Positions 15,707 to 24,310 of a stretch of DNA of 32,534 bases are shown here, in pieces. Source of the DNA: Campylobacterota bacterium (GTDB lineage Bacteria; Campylobacterota; Campylobacteria; Campylobacterales; Sulfurimonadaceae); the NCBI GenBank assembly GCA_034723735.1, contig JAYEPE010000299.1:1-32534 (forward strand), written 5' to 3'. The position numbers were made by a program, and so were the translations under genes. Positions within the stretch are counted from its first letter, which is position 1, and each line of letters begins with the position of its first letter. The notes below the pieces were generated by a model. That model made no database searches and was not told where the DNA came from. It saw only the letters and a program-made list of their open reading frames with translations.

Positions 15707-17713
15707 ATGGAAGAAAATACCCCAACAGCAGCACCAAGCACTGCGCCAAAAAACACTACTGAGTCTGAAGCAAAATCAGAACAAGCACCACAGCCTCGTC
15801 GAAATAATAATCGTCGTCCTGCAAATCGAAATAAACCACGTCCTGATGGCGAAAAAACTGAAGGTGCAGAGAAAAAGCCACCACAAAACCGTAAACCTCG
15901 ACCTCAAAACAAGCAAAACCCAAATGCAAAACGTGGCGGTTCACGCAATAGAAGAGGTTCAGCGCCTGTTGATAAAAACCTTTTAGATTTTGTAAAAAAG
16001 AATCAAGAGATTCATAAAAACCGCCTCAATCCTCACTATAAAATTGACCTAGAAAGTAAGGCAAAGATTCGCATTACTCCACTAGGTGGTTTAGGTGAAA
16101 TTGGTGGAAATATTACTGTTTTTGAAACCGAAAATGAGGCTATTTTAGTAGATGTAGGGATGAGTTTTCCTGATGAAGAGATGCATGGTGTTGATATTTT
16201 AGTGCCTGATTTTTCTTATGTTCGTGAAATCAAAAATAAAATTATTGCTATTATTATTACTCACGCCCATGAAGACCATATTGGCGCAGTACCATATCTT
16301 TTCAAAGAGATGCAGTTTCCAATTTATGCAACATCACTGCCACTTGCTATGATTGGCAATAAATTTGATGAGCATCATATGAAAGAGTTCCGTCGCTATT
16401 TTAACCCAGTTGAAAAACGTAAGCCTTATAAAATTGGAAATGATTTTGAGATAGAGTGGATGCACATGACACACTCGATTTTAGATAGCTCTTCTTTAGC
16501 TATTACTACTAATGCGGGGACAATTATTCATACAGGTGATTTTAAGATTGATCATACTCCAGTAGATGGCTATACAGCTGATTTACATCGTTTTGCTCAT
16601 TATGGTGAAAAAGGTGTTTTATGTCTTTTAAGTGACTCTACAAACTCTTATAATAAAGAGGCAACACCAAGTGAACTAGCTGTCGCTCCAGCACTTGATC
16701 GTGTTTTTTCAAAAGCTGAGGGGCGTGTTTTACTCTCTACTTTTAGCTCAAATGTTCACCGTGTCTATCAAGCTATCATGGCAGGTATCAAATACAATCG
16801 TAAGATCTGCGTAATAGGTCGCTCAATGGAGCGTAATCTTGAAATTGCTATGCAGTATGATTATGTACGTTTTCCAAAAGGAATCTTTGTAGATGCAGAC
16901 CAAGTAAGTCGTATGAATGATAAAGATGTTCTGATTGTTACAACAGGCTCACAAGGTGAGGCAAACTCAGCTCTTTTTAGAATGGCAATTGGTGAGCATC
17001 GTCATATTAAAATAAAGCCAAATGATCTGATTATTCTCTCATCACGTGCTATTCCAGGTAATGAAGGTTCAATTTCAGGGATGTTAAATCACCTTCAGCG
17101 TGCAGGTGCAGATATCTATTCAGATCGCGATATTCATGTTTCAGGTCACGCAGGAATTGAAGAGCAAAAACTTATTTTACGTCTCACTAATCCTAAATTT
17201 TTCTTACCAGTTCATGGTGAGTATAATCATATTGTACGCCATAAGAAAACAGGTATGGAGTGTGGTATTCCTGAGAGAAATATTTTACTTATGACTGATG
17301 GTGATTGTATTGAAGTTGCACCAAAATTTATGCGTAAGGCAAAAACCGTAAAAGTTGGTAAGACTTACATTGATAATCAAAACAATAATCAGATTGAAAA
17401 TGATATCGTCATAGACCGTCAGAAAATGGCAAATGATGGTGTTGTTATGATTGTAGCACAGGTATCAGAAGCAGATTCAAAACTGATATCACGCCCTCGT
17501 GTAACTTCATTTGGACTTGTGTCAGATAAACAAGACCGCGCTTTTGCAAAAGAGATAGAAGATGTTTTAGAACAGTTTATGGTCAATATGAAACCTAACC
17601 ATCTTGAAAACCCACGCGCAATGGAAAACGACATCCGCCAAGTTGTACGTAAACATATCTACCGCAAACAGAAAAAATACCCATTCATTGTTCCTAATGT
17701 TTTTGTAATGTGA
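15707..17713 (+). CDS. rnj: Ribonuclease J with an about 130-aa basic, low-complexity N-terminal extension
   Basis: Metallo-beta-lactamase/beta-CASP motifs: ITHAHEDHIGA, TGDFK, and HVSGHA in the C-terminal part. The core begins with the RNase J-typical IRITPLGGLGEIGGN. Confidence 0.9.
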   Translation: MEENTPTAAPSTAPKNTTESEAKSEQAPQPRRNNNRRPANRNKPRPDGEKTEGAEKKPPQNRKPRPQNKQNPNAKRGGSRNRRGSAPVDKNLLDFVKKNQEIHKNRLNPHYKIDLESKAKIRITPLGGLGEIGGNITVFETENEAILVDVGMSFPDEEMHGVDILVPDFSYVREIKNKIIAIIITHAHEDHIGAVPYLFKEMQFPIYATSLPLAMIGNKFDEHHMKEFRRYFNPVEKRKPYKIGNDFEIEWMHMTHSILDSSSLAITTNAGTIIHTGDFKIDHTPVDGYTADLHRFAHYGEKGVLCLLSDSTNSYNKEATPSELAVAPALDRVFSKAEGRVLLSTFSSNVHRVYQAIMAGIKYNRKICVIGRSMERNLEIAMQYDYVRFPKGIFVDADQVSRMNDKDVLIVTTGSQGEANSALFRMAIGEHRHIKIKPNDLIILSSRAIPGNEGSISGMLNHLQRAGADIYSDRDIHVSGHAGIEEQKLILRLTNPKFFLPVHGEYNHIVRHKKTGMECGIPERNILLMTDGDCIEVAPKFMRKAKTVKVGKTYIDNQNNNQIENDIVIDRQKMANDGVVMIVAQVSEADSKLISRPRVTSFGLVSDKQDRAFAKEIEDVLEQFMVNMKPNHLENPRAMENDIRQVVRKHIYRKQKKYPFIVPNVFVM

Positions 17714-17755
17714 GTTCGCCATAAAAAACGCCAACTGCTTGGCGTTTTGGCGAAC
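17714..17755 (+). terminator. Nested hairpin terminator after rnj
   Basis: The outer stem is GTTCGCCA/TGGCGAAC. The inner stem is AACGCCAA-CTGC-TTGGCGTT followed by TTT. It starts immediately after the TGA at 17711-17713. Confidence 0.65.
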
Positions 17756-17805
17756 GAAACCGTAGGTGATGTGCGAAGCACCACCGAAGGCTTGAAAATC
17801 AATAG

Positions 17806-17826
17806 ATGCCAACTGCTTGGCGTTTA
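17806..17826 (-). terminator. Second copy of the GCCAACTGCTTGGCGTTT hairpin, just downstream of the dgt-like stop
   Basis: Stem GCCAA/TTGGC with a CTGC loop. The 18-nt sequence at 17808-17825 is identical to 17730-17747. The U-tract on the minus strand is weak. Confidence 0.4.
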
Positions 17827-17836
17827 ACCTATCAAC

Positions 17837-18937
17837 TCAAATATTCTTCCCATACACTTCATTATACAAACTCATCGCATACCGATCACTCATTCCTGCA
17901 ATATAATCAGCAATAACACGATGATGATTTCGTATCGCTAACTGTTCATAATAAAATTTAGGAAGAATTTTTGGCTCATCTTTAAGGGCATTATATAGAC
18001 CAATAACTGCCTGTTTGCCCGCATACATTTTACGAATAATATTTTTATGTTGATAAAGTTCTTGAAAAAGAATCTTTTTTAGTATCTTAATTTCACGTTC
18101 AAGAGAAGGCTCAAAGCCTATGGGAATGGGTTTTGAAGCCTTTATGCTACTTGAGAGAACTCTACTATTATCAACTTTATCTTTGGAGTACGCTAAGAGT
18201 GAATAAACAAGATGGTTAATAAGGTGTGAGCTAAAGCGATAGCGAAACATTTCATCATTATCTTCACGAATACCTTCTGCATAAACTTTTTCTAAAATTT
18301 CTTGAATAAGAGAGCTCTTTTTGAGTGTCTCAAAATTAATAAGTCCTGAGTGAATACCATCATCAATATCATGAGAGATATAAGCAATTTCATCAGAACG
18401 ATCAACAATCATTGCTTCAATCGAAGGGTGAGTAGAGAGATCAAAGTGTTCATCAATACTTACATGTAAGAAGGGTTTTTTATAAGGATATGAGTGTTTT
18501 AAAATTCCTTCAAGCGTAGCAAAACTAAGATTAAGACCTAAAAAGCCGTTATAGCGTTTTTCTAGTTTTGTAACGACTCTAAAGGATTGATAGTTATGCT
18601 CAAAACCATTTGTAAAACCATCTTTTTTAAGATATTCATCAAGAGTATCACCCCCAATATGTCCAAAAGGAGTGTGTCCAAGGTCATGGGCTAAAGCGAT
18701 AGCTTCGGCTAATGATTCTTGTAAACCTAAGCTTGCGGTAATAGAGCGAGCTACCTGAGACACTTCAATAGAGTGGGTTAAGCGGGTACGAAAAAAATCA
18801 CCCTCTTGATTGAGAAAAACTTGTGTTTTATATTCAAGACGACGAAAACTTCCCGAATGAATAATTCTATCACGATCTCGCGCATAGGGAGCGCGAAAGT
18901 CATCTGATATAGCATGAAAGCGTTCATGAGCTTGCAT
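17837..18937 (-). CDS. dgt: dGTP triphosphohydrolase-like HD-domain protein
   Basis: FRAPYARDRDRIIHSGSFRRLEYKTQVF, then RLTHSIEVSQVAR and HDLGHTPFGH (HD motif). Classic Dgt-like architecture. Confidence 0.85.
   Translation of the reverse strand: MQAHERFHAISDDFRAPYARDRDRIIHSGSFRRLEYKTQVFLNQEGDFFRTRLTHSIEVSQVARSITASLGLQESLAEAIALAHDLGHTPFGHIGGDTLDEYLKKDGFTNGFEHNYQSFRVVTKLEKRYNGFLGLNLSFATLEGILKHSYPYKKPFLHVSIDEHFDLSTHPSIEAMIVDRSDEIAYISHDIDDGIHSGLINFETLKKSSLIQEILEKVYAEGIREDNDEMFRYRFSSHLINHLVYSLLAYSKDKVDNSRVLSSSIKASKPIPIGFEPSLEREIKILKKILFQELYQHKNIIRKMYAGKQAVIGLYNALKDEPKILPKFYYEQLAIRNHHRVIADYIAGMSDRYAMSLYNEVYGKNI
18459..18470. repeat. Iterated palindrome copy, CTTACATGTAAG (12/12)
   Basis: Inside the dgt-like CDS (minus strand), read as L-H-V-S. 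Confidence 0.95.
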
Positions 18938-19077
18938 AGAAGTTCCTTAGCATTATAATTTTAATGGTACTGATATACAAATTTTCAAGTGTCATTCCGT
19001 GAAGAAGGTTGTTTGTATGTTCATCTGTTTGTTTCATAGTATAATTGTATACTAAAATGATAAAGAGGAAGTAGATA

Positions 19078-19830
19078 ATGAAAATATTAATGATATATAT
19101 CGCTTTAATAGGCTCCTTATATGGCATTTCATATCAAGAATTGGCACAAAAGAGTGATGATGCTCAAGCAGGTTTTGAAGATGCTAAATCTAAGATGAAT
19201 ATGATGTTAGTAAACGCTAGGGGTCAAAAACGTGAGCGTTTAATGAAAATACAAGTCCTTGAAGGTAAAAAGGGTGATAAATCTTTAATGGAGTTTCTCT
19301 CTCCCGCAGATGTGAAGGGTACGAAGTTTTTAAACTATGAACATGTAAAGAAAGATGATGACCAGTGGCTTTATCTGCCTGCTTTGAAGCGTGTTAAGCG
19401 TATTGCCTCTAAAAACAAGTCGGGTGCTTTTATGGGGAGTGAGTTCTCTTATGAGGATTTGAGTGCTTTTAATGTGGATAAATACTCTTATCCTAAGGGT
19501 GAAGTAAAAGAGGGTGAATTAGATGGTAAAAAAGTCTATCTAGGTCAAAGTAAACCCGTCTCTAAATATTCTGGCTACACTAAGCTTTTGACATGGGTCG
19601 ATGCGCAAACATATTTGATTCAAAAGATAGAGTATTATGACCGTAAAAAAGAGCTGCTTAAAACGGCTATTTTTGAAGATTATAAAAAGATTAGTGGAGT
19701 ATGGCGTATAGGTAAAATCACTATGAGCAATATCCAAAATGATAAAAAAACCATCTTAGTTTGGAGTGATGAGCAGGTAAAAATAGGACTTAAAGCAAAA
19801 GATTTTCATAAGCGTGTCTTGAAAAAATGA
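19078..19830 (+). CDS. Outer-membrane lipoprotein-sorting (LolA-like, PF17131-type) periplasmic protein
   Basis: Signal peptide MKILMIYIALIGSLYG. The family-typical block is SLMEFLSPADVKGTKFLNYE...DDQWLYLPALKRVKRIASKNKSGAFMGSEFSYEDL. Confidence 0.75.
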   Translation: MKILMIYIALIGSLYGISYQELAQKSDDAQAGFEDAKSKMNMMLVNARGQKRERLMKIQVLEGKKGDKSLMEFLSPADVKGTKFLNYEHVKKDDDQWLYLPALKRVKRIASKNKSGAFMGSEFSYEDLSAFNVDKYSYPKGEVKEGELDGKKVYLGQSKPVSKYSGYTKLLTWVDAQTYLIQKIEYYDRKKELLKTAIFEDYKKISGVWRIGKITMSNIQNDKKTILVWSDEQVKIGLKAKDFHKRVLKK

Positions 19831-21056
19831 AACTGTTTATTGCATTTTTAGCTTCTACTGTTTTGCTCTTAGCTGAATTTGAATATCAAGGACATATAGG
19901 GTTAGAATCACAAGCTTACCTCCTCATTTGTGATGATAAACATAAAAATAACTTTACAGCTTATGAGCAGTTAGAGATGAGTTATACTTATGAGTCATTC
20001 AAGGTGGCAACACGTCTGTATGCGCAACAAGACTATTATGATTTTGTTGGAGATGATAAAAATGAGCGTACTTTTGGGCGAGTTGATGAGCTTTATGCTC
20101 TGTATGAATTTGATGAAGATGCACTTTTTGCAGGACGAAATATCCGTTTTTGGGGAGCCTTAGAAGTACGAAATATCAGTGATGTCTTTAATACTCAAGA
20201 TTTGCGTAATGATCTTTTTAACCCCGATAAAATTGGAGCTTGGAATCTTGCCTACTCTCACTATACAGATAGTGGCGAATTCTCAGTTATTGTAAAGCTT
20301 TATGAAGAGAAACAATCAATGGCTGCCTTGCCTTATGCGTATTACTTCTTTCCTGCCTTTGTTAGCTATGATGATACGCTTCAGAGTGAGGAGTCTTTAG
20401 AGCGACCGACTGTATATGTAAGCTATTCAGGAACAAGTGAGACAGAGTATCCCATAGATTATGCTCTTATCGTGCAACATGGTTATGATTCACAGCGTTA
20501 TTTTTCAGCTGATGGTCCACTTAATGCAACTCCAGTTAGCTTTAATGAGCATGCCTATCTTGTAAATAAAGTGATGACATACAATACAGCTGTTGTGGAT
20601 GCAACATTAATTAAGATAGAAGCTTTATATACAGATGTGATTGATGATAAATTAGTCTCAGATTATTGGCATTTAGGATTGGGCTTGGAATATACCATGA
20701 CTTTTGACGAGTTTGACGGAGATTTGGGCTTGATTAGTGAATATTATCGTTATGAAACCCTTGATAGTGATAAGTTGAGTGATTTAGAACTTTTTGAGAC
20801 TTTTCAAAATGACCTCTTTTTAGGTCTTCGTTATGCCTTTAATGATGCAGATGATAGTAGTTTTATTGGTGGGCTTATTGCTGATTTGGAGTATGATGAG
20901 CAGGCTTATTATATGGAGTATGCAACTCGTCTAGGTGATTCGTATAAACTTACCTTAGATTATCGCTATATTGAGCCATCAACAAGTAATATAACTGCTT
21001 ATGCACTTTTAAAACGCCATGAGAGACTTGGTTTAAAAGTGGCATATTATTTTTAA
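19827..21056 (+). CDS. Putative outer-membrane beta-barrel protein
   Basis: Signal peptide MKLFIAFLASTVLLLA, alternating aromatic/hydrophilic strands, and a C-terminal LKVAYYF (OMP-type terminal Phe). The start overlaps the upstream stop (ATGA). Confidence 0.55.
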   Translation: MKLFIAFLASTVLLLAEFEYQGHIGLESQAYLLICDDKHKNNFTAYEQLEMSYTYESFKVATRLYAQQDYYDFVGDDKNERTFGRVDELYALYEFDEDALFAGRNIRFWGALEVRNISDVFNTQDLRNDLFNPDKIGAWNLAYSHYTDSGEFSVIVKLYEEKQSMAALPYAYYFFPAFVSYDDTLQSEESLERPTVYVSYSGTSETEYPIDYALIVQHGYDSQRYFSADGPLNATPVSFNEHAYLVNKVMTYNTAVVDATLIKIEALYTDVIDDKLVSDYWHLGLGLEYTMTFDEFDGDLGLISEYYRYETLDSDKLSDLELFETFQNDLFLGLRYAFNDADDSSFIGGLIADLEYDEQAYYMEYATRLGDSYKLTLDYRYIEPSTSNITAYALLKRHERLGLKVAYYF

Positions 21057-21093
21057 TTAAACTATTCTTCGTAAGCGAAGCAATTGACAAACA

Positions 21094-21105
21094 GTTACAT
21101 GTAAG
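21094..21105. repeat. Iterated palindrome copy, GTTACATGTAAG (10-mer exact), intergenic
   Basis: Its 3' half merges into the SD (TAAGGA), 11 nt upstream of the RND exporter ATG at 21116. Confidence 0.95.
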
Positions 21106-21115
21106 GAAATTATTT

Positions 21116-23407
21116 ATGGAAAAATTTATTAACTCTATTATCCGTTTTCGTTGGTATATTGCGATTATAATCCCTCTAATAACGTTTGCGTTTGCATCAC
21201 AGCTTAAGCACTTGGAATTTGAGGGAAGTTATCGTATCTGGTTTGGAGAAGAGTCCTCTATCTTAAAAGATTATGATAATTTTCGTGCTGTTTTTGGAAA
21301 TGATGATGGAATTACGGTTATCTTTCGTGATGAAGATGGTATCTTTAATCCAAAAGCCTTACATGTAATCCATAGAATCACTCAAAAACTTTGGGAAACA
21401 AAAGATATAGCACGGGTAGATTCTATCACTAACTATCAATATGTTCATGCTGATGCAGAGTATCCTGATGAGGTGATTGTTGAAGACTTTATCGAAGATG
21501 TAGATGCTTTAAGTGCTGAGCAATTAGTGCAAAAAGCAAAAATTATCTTAGACGAAAAGATGATTTTAGGGCGTATTATCAGTGAAGACTTGAAAACAAC
21601 AATGATTATGGCACGGATGACTCCAAAGGCTGGAGATGATCCTATGGTTTCAGCACGTTTGAAAAAGGCAGTTGAAGATATTGTTGCGCACGAGAGTGAA
21701 AGTGGATACCGTTTTCGTCTTATAGGTGGCCCGATTTTAAATATGGCATTTATTGACCTAGGACAGCATGATGCGGGTACTTTTACCCCTTTAGTTCTTT
21801 TAATTGCTATGATAATTTTATGGATTATTTTCCGCCGACCTTCTGCGGTTTTACTAAGTATTTCTGTAGTTATCTTTACCTTTTTAATTGTTTTAGCTAT
21901 TCAAGTGATGCTTGGCTATCGGATGAATAACTTTACGGCAAATATGCCTGTATTTATCGTGGCAATTGGGATCGCAGATGCCATGCACCTCTTTTGGATT
22001 TATACGATAGGACGAAAAAAAGGGATGGATAATATAGAAGCTATTCATTATAGTGTGCATAAAAATTTCCTCCCGATTTTCCTTACTTCGATAACAACTG
22101 CTGTTGGCTTTGCCTCTTTGGGGATTTCAGCTGTTATTCCTATTAAAACGCTTGGAATTGCTACAGCAAATGCTGCTCTGCTTGCCTTTGTCTTGACTAT
22201 TCTTTTTGTCCCTGCCATCTTAGCTATTGTAAATCCTAAGATAAAGGCTACACAGACAAAAGAGGATAAAGAAGCTAATATCTTAACACATCGTTTTAGC
22301 CGTTTTATTATGAAATATGATATGAAAATATTAATAAGTAGTGCTATTTTCATTACTGCTATTGGCGCAGGGCTCTTACATGTAAAGGTTGATTCTAATA
22401 CAGTGCGCTATTTCTCTGAAGATGTACCTTTTAGAGAAACTGTTAACTTTATGCAAGCAAATATTTCAGGTCCTATGAGTTATGAAATTGTTGTTGATTC
22501 AAAAGTTAAAGATGGTATTAAAGACCCTGCTTTTATGAATAAGGTAGAAGAATTTTACACAGTTTTTAGAGAAAAATATCCTGATATGAGACATATCTCA
22601 TCCCTCACGGATGTAGTAAAAAAATTCAATGAGGTGATGAATGGCTCGCACACCATTCCTAATGATAGAAATCTAATAGCGCAATATTTATTACTTTATT
22701 CGCTTTCACTACCTCAGGGCATGGAAATCAATGATAGAATGGATGTTGATGAGCGGTTATTACGTGTTTCAGCAGCCATGAATATAGTTGATACTTCCAA
22801 AGATTTAGAGATGATGCAGTGGGTCGAAGATTGGTGGAAAGCAACACCATATAGCGCCAAAATAAACGGTCAAACCGCAATGTTCGCCCATATGCAACAT
22901 GATGTGACGGACACTTTGATACATTCCATTATCTTGGCTATTACAGCAGTGTCAATTATGATGCTCTTTATCTTTAGAAATCTTAGAATGATTCCACTTT
23001 TTGTTATTCCAAATATTCTGCCAATTGTCTTGGTAGTTGGTGTGATGGGATGGCTAGGTTTGACTATAGATATCGGTGTAGCCATATCAGGCGCGATTAT
23101 AATCGGGGTAGCGGTAGATGACACCATTCACTTTTTAGTCAAGTATCGTGAAGCAAGAAGTAGGGGAGACTCCCTTGAAGATGCCCTTGCTTATGTGATG
23201 CAGTACGCTGGTAGTGCTATTATTTTTACCACTATTATTTTAAGTACAGCATTTATGATATTTGTTTTGAGTGATTTTTTACCAAATGTTCACTTTGGAA
23301 TTGTGACCTCTATTGCACTTGTGATTGCAGTTTGGGTCGATTTGTTGATACTCCCTGCGGTACTGAGTCGGTTTGATAGTGCTAAGAAGAGTGTGTTGGT
23401 GAGTTAA
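21116..23407 (+). CDS. RND-superfamily exporter (MMPL/HpnN-like, 2 x 6 TM with two periplasmic domains)
   Basis: 763 aa with two blocks of about 6 TM helices (225-375 and 600-745), each after a large soluble domain. The conserved GVAVDDTIHF motif is in the second TM block. The SD TAAGGA lies upstream. Confidence 0.75.
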   Translation: MEKFINSIIRFRWYIAIIIPLITFAFASQLKHLEFEGSYRIWFGEESSILKDYDNFRAVFGNDDGITVIFRDEDGIFNPKALHVIHRITQKLWETKDIARVDSITNYQYVHADAEYPDEVIVEDFIEDVDALSAEQLVQKAKIILDEKMILGRIISEDLKTTMIMARMTPKAGDDPMVSARLKKAVEDIVAHESESGYRFRLIGGPILNMAFIDLGQHDAGTFTPLVLLIAMIILWIIFRRPSAVLLSISVVIFTFLIVLAIQVMLGYRMNNFTANMPVFIVAIGIADAMHLFWIYTIGRKKGMDNIEAIHYSVHKNFLPIFLTSITTAVGFASLGISAVIPIKTLGIATANAALLAFVLTILFVPAILAIVNPKIKATQTKEDKEANILTHRFSRFIMKYDMKILISSAIFITAIGAGLLHVKVDSNTVRYFSEDVPFRETVNFMQANISGPMSYEIVVDSKVKDGIKDPAFMNKVEEFYTVFREKYPDMRHISSLTDVVKKFNEVMNGSHTIPNDRNLIAQYLLLYSLSLPQGMEINDRMDVDERLLRVSAAMNIVDTSKDLEMMQWVEDWWKATPYSAKINGQTAMFAHMQHDVTDTLIHSIILAITAVSIMMLFIFRNLRMIPLFVIPNILPIVLVVGVMGWLGLTIDIGVAISGAIIIGVAVDDTIHFLVKYREARSRGDSLEDALAYVMQYAGSAIIFTTIILSTAFMIFVLSDFLPNVHFGIVTSIALVIAVWVDLLILPAVLSRFDSAKKSVLVS
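21358..21369. repeat. Iterated palindrome copy, CTTACATGTAAT (10-mer exact)
   Basis: Inside the RND exporter CDS, read as L-H-V-I. Confidence 0.95.
22375..22386. repeat. Iterated palindrome copy, CTTACATGTAAA (10-mer exact)
   Basis: Inside the RND exporter CDS, read as L-H-V-K. Confidence 0.95.
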
Positions 23408-24309
23408 TCTTTTTCATAAAGATCAAAAATATTAACATTATCAGGAAGCTTCTGTACACCATCACGGTAAGAACGGGTATTGGAAATGATACGTTTAAAA
23501 TGTTTCCGTAATGCACTTGCATCGGGAACATTAGGGCGAAACCAATCGCCTTTGGCAGAGAAAAGCCAATCAATAGCGTTTTGAATATCCGCAATAGAAT
23601 AATTTTGTTCATGCATTAAAAATTTTATCTCTTTTGCCCATGACATTACATCAAAAGGTGCTTCAAATTGAGGGTCAATAGCGGAGAGTTTGGATATAAA
23701 ATACTCTGTCATTGCAAATTGCTCTTCATTTGCTTTGTACTCATCTAAAATAATCTCTTTAGAATTACTAGTGCTATTGTTTGCTTTTTCGCGGTGCATC
23801 CAGCGTAAAAACTCTGCTCGCCAGTCAAAGGAGCGATTGTTTTTTGAGCGTTGATAGAGATGAAAATCATTAAATACTTCAGAGCTAAGCCTACTTTGAT
23901 CAAGTTGAGAAAGAGCAAAAGTTTCTAAGGCTTGAAAGTTTTCATTAGAAAGATTGAGATAATAAGTTGCATCATGATATTCTTGATGTAGTGTTTGTGA
24001 AATTGTGGGTGCTGCAAGCGAGGGATTATTGATGGTCTCAATTAACTCTTTATGAATACCATATAAGATATGTGTATTTACCCCATCACGTTGGCGAGTG
24101 GTTTGTAAGATGTTTTTACTCACTAATGCGTCAAGTGCTTTTATCACTTCACCAACAGGTGTGCTAAGTTGTTCTGAGAGCATTTTGGCATGAGTTCCCT
24201 TATCATGGGTTCCCCATTGAAAGGTATGACGTATAACAAGAGGAATAAGGGCACGTTGTAAGAGATTTAAATCTGCTCTATCTATTAAAACTTTTGGAAT
24301 CTGAACCAT
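23404..24309 (-). CDS. Replication-initiator-like orphan (phage Rep_O-type N-terminal winged HTH; DnaD-like C-terminal region)
   Basis: The N-terminus IPKVLIDRADLNLLQRALIPLVIRHTFQWG...MLSEQLSTPVGEVIKALDALVSKNIL follows the pattern of phage replication protein O N-domains. The C-terminus IADIQNAIDWLFSAKGDWFRPN...LRKHFKRI resembles DnaD/DnaB_2 domains. Judged by eye only. Confidence 0.4.
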   Translation of the reverse strand: MVQIPKVLIDRADLNLLQRALIPLVIRHTFQWGTHDKGTHAKMLSEQLSTPVGEVIKALDALVSKNILQTTRQRDGVNTHILYGIHKELIETINNPSLAAPTISQTLHQEYHDATYYLNLSNENFQALETFALSQLDQSRLSSEVFNDFHLYQRSKNNRSFDWRAEFLRWMHREKANNSTSNSKEIILDEYKANEEQFAMTEYFISKLSAIDPQFEAPFDVMSWAKEIKFLMHEQNYSIADIQNAIDWLFSAKGDWFRPNVPDASALRKHFKRIISNTRSYRDGVQKLPDNVNIFDLYEKD

Positions 24310-24310
24310 C

